From the NCBI RefSeq assembly GCF_018350175.1, contig NC_058368.1:32552001-32616000 (forward strand): a stretch of 64,000 nucleotides of DNA, in the 5' to 3' direction. Of this stretch, positions 1 to 12,339 are shown piece after piece. The position numbers and the translations under genes were made by a program. Every line of letters begins with the position of its first letter. Position 1 is the first letter of the stretch. The DNA is from Felis catus. Taxonomy: Eukaryota. Under the pieces are notes generated by a model. That model made no database searches, had not been told where the DNA came from, and worked only from the letters and a program-made list of their open reading frames with translations.

Positions 1-1074
1 ATACTTACTCTTATTTTTAGAAGGTAATATCTAAAGACTAGATCTGAATCTACAACTAAGTATATGATTCTTAAAATATTTTCACATTTGTATTAGGTAT
101 ATATTGTTGCTGTTAATTTTTTGAATTCAACACGGAATATTTTTTCGTCAGTAACTAATACACACTATACTCTGGAGAAGTCACCTACTTGTTTCCACAG
201 AATAATTGGATTAAAAATGATAACTGTATGTTATTAAAATCATGTGTTTTGTATTTTAAAGATTAGATTTCATATTTGATTTTAGCTCACCCCCTCATCC
301 CACACAAGATGGAGTTAAATCTTCAGTGATTTGGAATTCAAGTGGGACAGGCTCTTTATCACTCCCTATGCCTTTTTTTCTTTCATACCTTCCTCCTGTT
401 GCCTCCAACTTGACTCCAGTGAGGAAGACACAATACCCTTGGCCAGCAGAGAGGGTAGCAGCTATTTGTGATCTGGCAGTGAGATTTGGTGATGCTGTTA
501 AAGGCACAATCACGTGCTTTCAGTGACAAAAGAAGAACCCCCAAGTCCCCTTGGTTAGAGTGGTATTAATATCCTTGGCTAATTTGGCAAGCTTGTCATC
601 AGTGATGTTTTCTTATAGTCATATTTGTCAAAACCAACCCAACTCTTCCTTGAGACGCAATCATGTGGACTTTCTTGCCTCTACCAGCAATTTAAAATAC
701 CCAAAACTTCTCAGGTTTCAGGATCTCATAGATGTATTGAGCATGATTCAGTTTTTTGTTTTGTTTCTGTTTTGTTTGTTTGTTTGTTTTTTAATACAGC
801 TGTTGCAGACTGATGGGAATTTTATAACAAGAGTCAGGATGCAAGTCTCTTTGATGTGGGCTTTTGACAATTGAGTCACTTTGGACTCATCTGTGGGCTC
901 TATAATATCCTATTGCTTACAGATGCAGGGAAAATGCCCTATCATTACTTTATAAATACATGTTACACATTGATGTCAAATGTTTTGATACATATTATAT
1001 GTTTATGTCACATACCTTGATACATGTTACACGAATGAATAAAAGGTGATAATCTATTAAATATTTATCACCAC

Positions 1075-2632
1075 CCTGGGTCATATCCCAATTTTGTGGG
1101 ACTAAAAAATTATATATAATAGTCTACAAAATTATGAATGTCACATATGAAAGTGAATATTTGAAATGATAAATTACAATGAACTATAAATTATAAAACT
1201 ATTATGTATACCACAAACATTTAATCTAGAAGAAAACAAAGGATATTGATTAACTTTCCAAAATAACTACATTTTATTTACATTTTGGTTACCTATTTTT
1301 TTTAAAAAAATTCTCTTCAGATGACAATAAACTTTTAAAATAATATTCTAAAGAGAGAACAGAAAGAAAATTCAACCTTTTCTTTAGCATTGTTGGCTAA
1401 TTTTGCTCGTCAGCATTGATGGCTTAAAGAAATATACCTCCACTTTGCAACTTTGTTTTTAAATTTTCTTAATGTTTATTTTTGAGAGACAGAGAGAGAG
1501 AGGGAGAGAGAGAGAGAGAGATTGAGAGCAGGGGAGGGGCAGAGAGAGATTGACAAAGAATCTGAAGCAGGCTTCAGTCTCTGAGCTGTCAGCACAGAGC
1601 CTGATGCAGGGCTCAAACTCACAGACTGTGAGATCATGACCTGAGCTGAAGTCTGATGCTCAACTGACTGAGCCACCCAGGCACTCCTACACTGCAACTT
1701 TTTATTGGTAATGTGGTGTACATTTTCAGACTTGTCAAGAAGGAAAACTTTAAGTGCTTGTAATATATGGGCTGTAAAAGTTCAAGGTATTTTAACTATT
1801 CTTGTGTAGTGACAACTCTGAAATAATTTTTAATTCCTGACGCTCACTATTTTGCTGTCAGCATCTACTTCAAATTGGTTTATTATGAATTTTACATCAT
1901 GACAACATAAACTGTATTTCGATAAAAATTGTACAAGTTCATTTTATCTACCAAAGTTAATTCCTCAAAATGAAGCTATTATTGGCACACTTTTATGTGC
2001 TTTTCGGACCCTATAAACTGTGTATTTCTTTACCATTACTTGCATATTCCTTCTGCTTTTTCATTTTTAGTTTGGCAATGTTATGATTCTCACAGTGTTC
2101 TTTATCTTTTGTTGTAATTTTCATTATCTCTAGTCTAGTGACTATCATGACTCTATTCCCTGTCTTTATAAAATGACCATAAAATTTTAAGTTTCTATTT
2201 CATGTAGAAAAGTTTTGACATTACAAAATTTATGAAATCTTCTTTCTCTCAGTTTATGCCTTGAGTCTCAACTGCAATTGTTTCTTCGATTATGTTTTAA
2301 TTTTATAGGATCATTATTTCTAAAAAACAAATAAATTTAATAAGGTAATAAGACATATGAAACAGTAATTCAAGTTCCTTTAGAATTTGACATGATAGAG
2401 TATAAATCTAAATAATTAGGCATTACTTTGCTTGTATATTATATATGTGTGTGTATATATATTTATTTATTTACTGAAATACTATGTAATTTATATACTC
2501 ACAGGCTATTATATAATTATAGTACATACTATATAGTATATTATATATTATATAGGGTAAATATTGAAGGGATCTTTACAAGCAATGGGCCCTAAGGCTT
2601 GAGCTTCTTTACATTCAAGGTAGCTCTGTCTA
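1075..2632. mobile_element. Ancient hAT-Tip100-like DNA transposon remnant, interrupted by a SINE
   Basis: Right end gggccctaaggcttgagcttctttacattcaaggtagctctgtc resembles Tip100-group (ORSL/Zaphod-type) termini; left end ...cccaattttgtgggactaaa...; minus strand 1834-1817 reads IKNYFR, like the hAT C-terminal domain. Recalled, not searched. Confidence 0.45.
1455..1687 (-). mobile_element. Can-SINE (SINEC_Fc-type)
   Basis: Reverse complement has tRNA-derived head, (CT)n linker and A-rich tail; partial TSD tgcaacttt on both sides. Confidence 0.95.
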
Positions 2633-2722
2633 AAATAACATTTTTTAATTCACAAATAACATTCAAGGTAGCTCTGTCTAAAATAACATTTTTTAATTCA
2701 CAAATAACATTTTTTAATTCAC
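2611..2722. repeat. 48-bp tandem duplication plus an extra 21-bp subunit
   Basis: 2611-2658 equals 2659-2706; aaataacattttttaattcac recurs at 2681-2701 and 2702-2722. Confidence 0.95.
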
Positions 2723-2859
2723 ATTAGTATTATACCACATTAATCAAAATGCGTGAAAATATATTTTTAAAATTTTGTCATAGAGTATACATCTAAATTT
2801 ATACTTTAATTTATACTCTAAATTTATACTGTATTCAGATAGGTTGGAGAAAATGCATT

Positions 2860-3180
2860 CCCTTATTCATTCATTCATTTGGTTAAAAACTTAAAAAAAA
2901 TTAAAATAGTAATTTCATACATATTGTGTGCTCTGAAAAAGCGGTAAATAAATGAACATGGTCCTTGTGGGAGACAGAAGATATACAGTAAGATGGTTTA
3001 TATTAATATAAGTTATATTAAGTTATAATTACTATGTAAATAAAAACAGCTGATATGAAAGAAAACTGATATATAACTAGGGAAGAGGATTAGGCAAATT
3101 TACATTGCACGTGTGAGACTAACTCCCAAGGTAACATGATATTTAAGCTCATCAAATAAATAGTAGGAAGTAATAGGCAT
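2860..3180 (-). mobile_element. L2 3' end fragment (degenerate)
   Basis: ttattcattcattcattt start followed by typical L2 3' antisense text (atgaacatggtccttgtgggagacag). Confidence 0.45.
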
Positions 3181-3770
3181 GTATTACATAATATTTATTT
3201 CTCTATATTGTGATGACTAAAATAATACATTTTGGTGTAGAGCTTCTGTAAAGGCACAAGAAAAAAAAAACATCAACAGAACTGCTCCTCATCAAAACAA
3301 TAGTTTCACTCATGAAAATTATAAAATAAAATCACTTAAGAACTCTGGAAAATGTTCTAAAAGAACACAGTCACTGGAGAATCTTTCATTTAATCTACAA
3401 AATCCCAGTGACAACAGTAAGAGCATCTGTGGCATGTGGGACGGGGCCTACTCCCTTACTCCCACTCTAGCTCTGTGGTGTGGAAGCTTTACACAGGGTG
3501 CTGTATCTTGGTTAGGCATGGCCACGAAGATGGGGTTTGTCTCACCTCTCACCTTCTGGTGTGATACTGCAATTTCAACCTGAAAAGGACAGGTTTCTGA
3601 CATCCTCATCATCCCTGTGCTCCCTGAAGCACGTAGCAGCAGCTGTACTTCCAGCAGGTACAGCTGTGAAAATGAAGTCTCTGATGTCCCATCCTGTCCT
3701 CACTTGTCAGGCAGAAGCTCTACCCAGCCATAGCAGACTGAGACTTAGGATACAAATATTTCATACCAGC

Positions 3771-3985
3771 ATTAAGAGACTCTTAACTGGAGAGAACAAA
3801 CTGAAGGTTGCTGGAGGGGAGGTGGGCTGGGGGATGAGTTAAATGGGTGATGGGCATGGAGGACGGCACTTGTTGGGATGAGCACTGGGTGTTATATGTA
3901 AGTGATGACTCACTAGGTTCTACTCCTGAAACTAACACTACACTATATGTTAGCTAATTTGAATTTAAATAAATTAAACAAAACA
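3771..3985 (+). mobile_element. Carnivore L1 3' UTR fragment (5'-truncated)
   Basis: gagaacaaactgaaggttgctggaggggaggtggg...gggatgagcactgggtgttatatgtaagtgatga...ctactcctgaaact, then an A-rich tail. Confidence 0.9.
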
Positions 3986-3989
3986 CACA

Positions 3990-4570
3990 ACTATTTTAAA
4001 TATATTCAAAGAACCAAAGGAAACATTTAAAATATAAAGGAAGATATGAAATAATGTCACATCCAGGAGAAAATATCATTAAAGATATTGCTGTAAAAGA
4101 AAGGAGCCATATGGAAATTCTGTAGATAAAAAGTTTAATAAGTGAAATGAAAAATTGACCAAAATGTCTTCAACAGTGGATTTTGGCTGGCAGAAGAAAG
4201 AATTAATGAACTTGAACATAGATCAACAGAGACTATGCAATCTGGAAAAAAAAAAAAAGGCAAAGGAACAGATTCTCTTGGAAATGTGGAACGCCATTAT
4301 TCGACCAAAGTTGAGGAATGGGGATATTATGGAGGAAATATGAGAGGGACACTAATGGAAATTATATTCAAGGAAATAATGTCAATGGCTGAGAGCATTC
4401 CATAATTTGAAGAAAAACATTAATCTATACACCCAGAAACTCAGCAAATTTCAAGAAAGGTAAAATGAAAGAGATTCAGCCCAGTCATATAATAGTCAAA
4501 ATATTGAAAGTCAAAGTTAAAGAGAAATTCTCAAAAGCAGTGAAAGAAAAAACAATGCATCATTTATTAG
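3990..4570 (+). mobile_element. Old L1M ORF1 remnant
   Basis: gaagaaagaattaatgaacttgaa...; ORF 4465-4656 (PSHIIVKILKVKVKEKFSKAVKEK) resembles L1 ORF1p PRHIIVK...KEKILKAAREK; broken by stops. Confidence 0.75.
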
Positions 4571-5417
4571 AGAAGCTTAGTATACTAACTATTACCCAGA
4601 TGTTAATAGAAAAATGGGCCAAAATGTTAGGCCTCATTGCCCATGATATTCTTTAGTAAGTAGGTAGGTGAGTATATGATATTGATAAAATAGCTTATGA
4701 TATCTACTATGATGGTAGTCATTTGAAAATTTTGCTAAAAATAGACAAAATTAACCACTATGCAGTTTTCACTTAATAAGATGAATTTAATATAAAACAT
4801 GTATTTTTTCTGTAACAAAAAAAATTAAGATGGATGAAATCTCTTTATTGTGGTTTAAATTTTTGCTTGTCATCCACCTACTAGAGGACTTCAAACTTTC
4901 ATTGAAGGAAAAGGCACATGATAATTGACAAGTAAAAGGTCTTTAGAAAAAGTAAACAGAATAATTATCATATGTAAACAGACCATTAACTATAGAATTT
5001 ATTAAGTGGCAGTAGCTTTGGGAAATTACATAGGTAAAACATTCCAAGAGAAAGCAGGATGTATTTGAGATTTAATTAATTTAATTTCAAACCTAACAAT
5101 GATAAACTGACCTGTCTATATACTTACATGAAATGTATGGTTCTCACTTGAACTCCATTTAAGTGTAATAATCTGACTAAAACCCTACCTTGAGATATAT
5201 TAACATTTCCTCTTTAATTATAGTACACAAGATATTAGATCCAAAAGAAAATCTCATGGTAGTGAATGAGAATTTTGCATTTTCTCTCCTATGTCGTTTT
5301 CATACATGAAAATTGTCAGTTATCATCAGCTATTATAGGAAAAAAACACAAAATACAATGAATAACCACTATGCAGTGACAAATCAGTTGTCTTACCATT
5401 TTTTGTTTCACTTTTAT

Positions 5418-5639
5418 TTATTTATTTTTTTTTTGACGTTTTTATTTATTTTTGAGACAGAGAGAGACAGAGCATGAATGGGGGAGGGGCAGAGAGAGAG
5501 GGAGACACAGAATTGGAAGCAGGCTCCAGGCTCTGAGCCATCAGCCCAGAGCCCGACACGGGGCTCGAACTCATGGACCGTGAGATCGTGACCTGAGCCG
5601 AAGTCGGACGCTTAACTGACTGAGCCACCCAGGCGCCCC
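5418..5639 (-). mobile_element. Young Can-SINE (SINEC_Fc)
   Basis: Perfect 15-bp TSD ttgtttcacttttat at 5403-5417 and 5640-5654; CpGs largely intact. Confidence 0.98.
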
Positions 5640-5699
5640 TTGTTTCACTTTTATAATTATTTTTAAATAAACTAGGAATTAGCCGTTCCAAATTAAGTC

Positions 5700-7020
5700 A
5701 TTGTGTCCCCTCCTTAATCTCTATCCTCTCTTTCTATCCTCAGTTAAAAATGATATTTTTGTTGATATTTTCCCTATTATCCCTATGTAACTTTTCCATA
5801 TATAAATATATTCACTAATATAGTAGAGCACTTTTGCATATTTAAAATTTTTATATAAACATTGGATTTATCATTCCACAACTTAAAAACTATATATCCA
5901 TGTTGTTATATGCAACTCTAGTTTAATCATTTTAACCAATGGATAATGATTCAGTCTATGATTATACCAGATTTTTTGTTGTATTCAATATTTGGATATT
6001 TAAATTGCATATAATGGGAGGGGAGAGTAACAATCTAACAAAAAGTAGTTTACTTTTTCCAAATAATGTTTACCCACAGGAAGTTAGTTTGTTCCTAGTA
6101 TTGAATTCACAGTTCATGGATATGAGTACTGAAGAGTATGTGATTCTCTTGGTCTTCCCCTCTTAATTGAATTATGAAGACCACACTATAGACATTATGG
6201 TCATTTTGAAATGAGGAGGATAAAGGAAGAAAAGTGCATACACGTATGTGCCAACTGATCTCCCTCTTAAAGAGTTTTCCTGAAAATTCCACGTGAAGTT
6301 TTCCATATGCGTATGATTAACCAATGCCATGTCATACAGATGTTCCTAAAAGCAATTGAGGTTTGGTAATTTATTTTCTTTTCTGACTGGGCACAATAAC
6401 ACCCAAGTAAAATCAAGTTTACATTTTTAAGAAAAAGAGAATAAATTATATTTGTAATTTTTCTGTAATAAATAATACCATAATAACATTCTTATGAATT
6501 TATTTTACACATATGTATATGTACTTGTTTAGGATGTATATAATTGTCTAATTATAAGGTCATAAATAGAATAACTAAATAATTTATTGCCCAAACTGGG
6601 ATCATTTCTGGAACAAAAAGGGGAGATATTCATTATTATGCCAGAAAACAGGTGAATAGTTGGACTATCCCATACAAAACTAATGTTTAGAATCATCTCA
6701 GTCATATAGCATATGCCTCTTCAAATTAACCAGATATTACTAAATTGTAAATTAGTTCCAAGCTAAGATAAAACCAACAGTATTTGAGAATTTCCTTTGA
6801 TCTCCATTCTAGCCAAAATTTTCCTACATCATATTTTCTAGTCTGATGTAGGAAAATTATATACTTCTAGTTTTCATTAGCATATCCATGGTCACCTGGT
6901 TATGTTTATGATCTCTTCCTAAAATTTCTGAACAGATCTATTACCCAATTATCTTTTTAATTTTTTGTCTTTGCAACTGATTTTTAGTAAATATTTATAT
7001 GCCCTGTGTTTTATGATCAT
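5700..7020 (-). mobile_element. Ancient L1M(E) fragments with small insertions
   Basis: T-rich antisense L1 3' text (atccatgttgtt...ctagtttaatcattttaa; attttagtaaatatttatat); a possible MLT1-type remnant lies at ~6050-6400. Confidence 0.5.
6567..6700. mobile_element. MER94-like hAT-Blackjack MITE
   Basis: aatttattgcccaaactgggatcatttctgg...ggagatattcattattatgccagaaaacaggtg...ggactatccc follows the recalled ~134-bp MER94 layout. Confidence 0.6.
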
Positions 7021-7029
7021 CTTACAAGG

Positions 7030-7376
7030 GTGTTAGTTTTCAGTGTGAGGACTAATGATGTACACACACACCAAGAGGGTGTGAAAGTTGGTTACATAAT
7101 AAATATGCAGTGAGCGGGTCCATTTTCCAAAGTTGGTCTGAAATTGGTTTCAGAGTGGGCAAAGAAGACTGACTTGTGTTTTTTAGGATGAAGCCTTGCT
7201 GAGTGTTCCCACATATGGTTTAAACTTTAAATTCTTGCCAGCACAAGCGAAAGGAGCACCCAAATTTTCTTACCAGTTTTCCCAGATGTGAGATAAAATG
7301 ACAGGAGGAAGAGTGAGGTGAGGATTAAAAGCTCTCAGCAGCCAAAGATCAAAAAATGGCCAGACTCTTTATTACA
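7030..7376 (-). mobile_element. ERV1-class LTR (MER67-like)
   Basis: Reverse complement begins TGTAATAAAGAGTCTGGCCATTTTTTGATCTTTGGCTGCTGAGAGC, a recalled eutherian ERV1 LTR start. Confidence 0.65.
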
Positions 7377-7539
7377 CTTAACTTCTAATGTTTGATTGAT
7401 AAATGAAATGGGTCATGTTTCATTTCACTGTATTTTAACTTACTTAAGCAAGCCATTATTGCATTATAATGCCTGCAGACTGAGACTGGTAAGGGAGGTG
7501 AAAATCATGGTGAAAGCTTATTTAGGAGTTCAACATCAC

Positions 7540-7744
7540 ACAGCATGCCTGGGTGGCTCAGCTGGCTAAGCATCTGACTGGCTCAGGTCGTGATCTCACA
7601 GTTTGTGAGTTCAAGCCCCATGTCGGGCTCTGTGCTGACAGCAAAATGCCTGGAGCCTGCTTCAGATTCTGTGTCTCTCTTTCTGTCCCTCCTTTGCTCA
7701 CATTCTGTTCTTTCAAAAATAAACAATTAAAAAATAAAAAACAA
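7540..7744 (+). mobile_element. Can-SINE
   Basis: TSD gagttcaacatca at 7526-7538 and 7745-7757; SINE body and A-rich tail. Confidence 0.95.
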
Positions 7745-8253
7745 GAGTTCAACATCATGCATTCTGTGAAGTAAAATCAGAACCTTGGTCATTCATTACC
7801 AGTCATGTCTAGACTGTATGAAGGGAATAAATAGTGTTTTGGTTAGACCTCATGTCATTGTTTTAGTGGATGTAGGGACAAGCATAACTTTGATTTATAT
7901 TTTGGATAAATACAAGGCAAGACAAGGCTTCTCCCTTAAATAAAGAATCATTGTTGCTGCCATTTGCCAGCAGGTGACCCCCCAAAGTTCTGTTAATGTG
8001 CATTTATTGCTTATTTCTGGCCAGGGCATCCCTTGCCAAGATGCTTACTTGATGTTTGGCTCATTATGCTAATATTACATTATGTTTGGCTCAGGTGCTA
8101 TTCTTTATTAGGTATGTTCTCTTTAAGGGATGAAAAGGCAGCAACTCTCCACAGAGCTTTTTGATATTTAATAACAGTGATACCATCTATAAAATTTGTG
8201 AACTACTTTGATCTTCACTTAGTTGGATCCAAATGACTCCCTAGGTAACCAAG

Positions 8254-8609
8254 TGTCTTAGTCCATTAAGGTTGCTATAACAAAATACCACAGACTAGGT
8301 AGCTTTTAAACAGAAATTTATTTTACACAGTTCTGAAGGCTAGAGGTCCAAGATCAGGGTGCCAGCTTGATCAGGTTCTAGTGGAGCCCCTTTCGGATTA
8401 TAGACTGTAGATCTTTAGATGTGTCTTTACTTGGTAGAAGGTATTTGGGAGCTTTATAAGATCTCTTTTATAATGGTACTGATCTCATTCATGAAGATTC
8501 CACCCTCATGACTTATACATCTCCCAAAGATCCTGCATGCTAATACCATCATATTGGGCATTAGGATTTCAACTAAATGAAATTTGGGCGTCACACTCAG
8601 ATTATAGCA
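8254..8609 (-). mobile_element. MaLR solo LTR (MLT1A/MLT1A0-like)
   Basis: tgtcttagtccatt...attatagca termini, 356 bp, 5-bp TSD ccaag at 8249-8253 and 8610-8614. Confidence 0.9.
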
Positions 8610-10639
8610 CCAAGAGTCTAGGAGAAGACTGAAATCTTCCAGAACTGGGACTGCAAAAGACAGAAGACTGGGAGGCCATCCTTCCTGCATACTGGATATG
8701 CCAGAGGGCTCAGATTTGGCTCTATGCTCTAGCAGACAGGCTTTGGTGCCCATTCCTAACAAGTAGGGTGCTGCTTCTGTCTCAAAGTATAATAAGCAGC
8801 TAGGTACAGAGGATGGGGGGTATGGGTCCTATCAGAGACTTTGTTTCCAGAATAGCTCACTATAAGGCCAGCAATTGTCCCTTTCATTAACATAAAATGG
8901 GCCTGAGGAGGGCAACTTCTTCTATGAGAATAAACAGACAACTTATGGACATCATAGGTGGTCCTGAGACTCAGCAGGCCAAAGCCTCTAAAGAAAATGT
9001 TTCTTCTCTTCTTTGGCATTAATAGAAGCACCTGTTTTATTGCAATTTGGACAGATTTTAGGGCTTTTTTTGCTGGAGGGAGCCCTATACAAACTGTGGG
9101 GATTTGCAAGTAACAACAAATGAGCTTCAGTAAAACTTATTGGTGAAGGGTGTGTTGCTTCTAGAACTCAAAGACAACTGAAAGATGCTGAGCTAGTAGT
9201 AACATTGTGGATGCTGAGAGGGTGAGTAATCATTACTTGACAATGTCAGGGATGGAGTGTCCCTGGTTTTTCCAACTAACGTTTAGGATTTTAACTGAGA
9301 AAGGGGAACCTTGTGCTATGTGTAGGGTAATGGTCCACCCGCCTTCCAGTAAGCTCCTTTGTGAGTATTTGTATGCTCTCGAGTAGTGTTCAAATGATTT
9401 TCTCCAGAGGAAGAGATCATCAGAATGATATCTCCTAGAGGAAATAGGATGGGGTTAAGATCTTGTCTGTAAGTGTTTTGTGTAAGGCCACTGAGGTACC
9501 CCACAAGGATCTGGGCAAAGATATATTATGTCACTTTAGAGTAAAGGCAAATTGCAACTATATCATTTACTTATTTCTGATGCTGTAACAAATTAATTCT
9601 TAATTCCGTCTGTAATTTTAATTTAGCCTAGCCATGCCATCTAGCAACATATTGATAGATTCTGAGTATTAGTGCATGTATTCTCTAGTATTTAATAGCA
9701 CCTGTTTTCCGAAAACTTACAAACTTGCATTTTACTTCTTCCATTTGTTTATGAGTATCTTGCTTCTGTTTCGCTTATAAACTGGTCAAAAGTTGGTCTA
9801 TTCTGTTAGTGTTGTTAAAGATAATTGTTTCTGTATACTGTCCATTGATTTATTTGATATGTGTGCTAACTCAAGAGTATGTTGGGTTGTTTTCCTCCTT
9901 TTGTGTTTTATAATTTTGGATAGTGAACTCATCGTTTTGGACCACACTCTGAGGGAAAAAAAAAATGTTTCCTGACATCCCTCTGAGATGATAGTTCTTG
10001 CCCCACCCTCACTGTGCTAACAAATTCTTCCCATCTTCCTTATTGTCTCTCTGTGTTAATTATTTTATTATCCTATTCAGCTTCTTGCTGAGTATAAAGC
10101 CTTTCATGGATGCTAAATAGAGATATTTATCTCAATTCAACCTCTTACTTCCCATGTTCAAAATCTCAATTTCTATCCCTAGTGAGACATCAAAACTTAA
10201 TCTTCTTGGTTCCATAAGTATCAATCTACATTATGAAATATTCAGGATAGTGTTCTTTTTTTTCCACTTGATTTTAACTCCTGGAAATTTCCCTTAGTTT
10301 CTTTGAAAATTATCTACTCATTTCTGAAGTGTTTCTAAATGTTTGTAGTTAAGAGAGTTTTCAGATTATCTAATCTCTCATATAGTGTTTTCGTATACTT
10401 TATTACTTTTTTATATTTAAAGAGTCTTCTAGAGAAAAGAGCATTATTACTAATAGTTGACAGTGAGACAGTGATTTATCAATTTACTATATATACATTA
10501 CATACTTTATTGCACTTTACATACTTGACTTTAATACTCACTGCTCTGTAAAATATGTATTATTACCATAGGTTTTTCAGATAAGAAACCTGTAGCTTAT
10601 TGACATTAATTGGAAATTCTAATTTAGGTTGGCCTGATT

Positions 10640-10922
10640 CCATCCATTCAATCATTCATGCATGCACTCATCCATTTATTTAACAATATGTGCACAGTCT
10701 AGTGGGAGAGATGGATATAAAACAAAAGTAATTGAAACATAATTATCTAATTGTAGTTGTAATGATAACTATGAAAACAGATTGTAGTTTGCAATGAGAG
10801 CTTATGGCCACATGTCATCAAGGGAGACTTCCCCAAGGAAGTGATGTTAAACACTGACAAAAAATTTGTATCAGTATAGACTATGTTAAGGTTGTATGTA
10901 TGTGCATGGTGTATGGGTGTGT

Positions 10923-10960
<38 letters not shown>

Positions 10961-11250
10961 TTGAGAGAGAATGTGTGGGGAATGAGAAAGAAACAGAATG
11001 ATGGGTGAGGAAAATATAAGCGTGTTGATTTTGACATTTGCAAAGGCATTTTTAAACTCTAACATGAAAAGCTATGGGTCCACTCAGAAAACCACAGAAG
11101 GATAATAGGAGTATGTTATATGGAAATGAAAAATCCAGGCTGGGGCCAAAGCATGTTGGACCTCTTAGGTCACTTTAAAAGCATTAAAAAGATATTGAAT
11201 GTTTTTATTGTAGTGAAAGTACAGAGAAGGATGATATGCTTTAAATTTTT
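10640..11250 (-). mobile_element. L2 3' fragment containing a (GT)n microsatellite
   Basis: attcaatcattcat start; cagtctagtgggagagatgg; atcaagggagacttccccaaggaagtgatg. Confidence 0.55.
10917..10958. repeat. (GT)n microsatellite
   Basis: Direct reading. Confidence 0.95.
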
Positions 11251-11559
11251 ATTGTCCAAGCTAATCCAGAACTTTCAGTTTTAATAATCACTTGAGATAA
11301 GCATTATTAAGTCTTATGGCCTTCAATACTTGGGAGTTGTAATTCCATGCATCCTTAAGAATTACGTGCATACACTAGATAAGTAAGGCAAATGTGGGAA
11401 AGACATTACAACTTAAATAAGTTAATATTTTCAAATGAAATGGTATAGAAATAATGAGTATAAAAATTAATGGAGAAACTGTGACGAGTTATATTGAGAG
11501 TTCAGGTAACATAGGAGAAAACTAGTTTAAATGTCAATTGAGAACTAGTTAGGTAGTTT

Positions 11560-11750
11560 CTTCTTTTTCATCATTACAGGGAGTGCTTCAATAAACATTC
11601 TCATATCAGTCTACTTGTACACATGTGTGAGAGTTTCTCTAGGGTAGACACTTAGAAATGAAATTTAAAGGTCATAAAGTACATGCATTTTGACTTTCTG
11701 GTATAATTAAATTCTATACAAAGTAACTTAACCGATATACGCTCCAGTCA
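11560..11750 (-). mobile_element. Old L1M fragment
   Basis: aataaacattctc...cacatgtgtgagagtttctctagggtagacacttagaaatgaaatt is typical antisense L1M ORF2 end. Confidence 0.6.
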
Positions 11751-12109
11751 TCAAGAGCTCATTTTCAGAACTTTAAGAACATGGTCTTTACCAGTCAGTG
11801 AAGAAATATTAAAGGAGTTACAGTCATGTAGCCATAATGAGAGCAAAACAGACACATGCCAATCCCCTAAACTGGTAATGCAAAGTCAAGGCTGGTATGA
11901 TATTTCTACTCTCTTATTTTTCTTTCACATGATCCAAGAACTTGGCAAAAAGTAGTAGCTATTTATGGAAGTGGAGAGAGAAATGGAATTTGTGTAAATG
12001 GAAATAAATCTCCCAAGGTATACCCCCACATCTTCCCAATGAAATTTTTAGACTTGGAGTAGCCCAAGCTACAAGAAAAGATATATTTTAGATATTCCAA
12101 GTTTTATGA

Positions 12110-12300
12110 ACACTTTTATGACACTTAGTATATGCACAAAACCTTATGATGTGCATGCTATTATTCTTCTAATTTTACGATCAGAAAACAAGCATACATT
12201 TGTTATGAATTTTCTCAATGTCACACAGTTTTTGAGCATTGACACTGGGATTTGAGCACATGCAAAGTGTCTGGAGAATCCATGATCTAAAATCACTATG
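12110..12300 (-). mobile_element. MIR fragment
   Basis: aaccttatga...ttattcttctaattttac...aatgtcacacag...gggatttgagc. Confidence 0.5.
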
Positions 12301-12339
12301 TGTTGATATCTTCTAGGACTAATGACTTATTAATTACCA

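Larger units (their letters stand above)
7377..9760 (-). mobile_element. Probable decayed ERV internal region, interrupted by a SINE and MLT1A
   Basis: Higher-GC non-L1 sequence directly abutting the LTR; no intact retroviral ORF or clear motif seen. Confidence 0.4.

Noticed and set aside
295..874. Cluster of 62-107 aa ORFs at the window start
   Set aside because: Overlapping frames with non-ATG starts, no family resemblance, and one runs through a (TTTG)n tract.
8756..9504. 117-aa and 62-aa minus-strand ORFs as possible retroviral env/pol
   Set aside because: No recognisable RT, integrase or immunosuppressive-domain motif.
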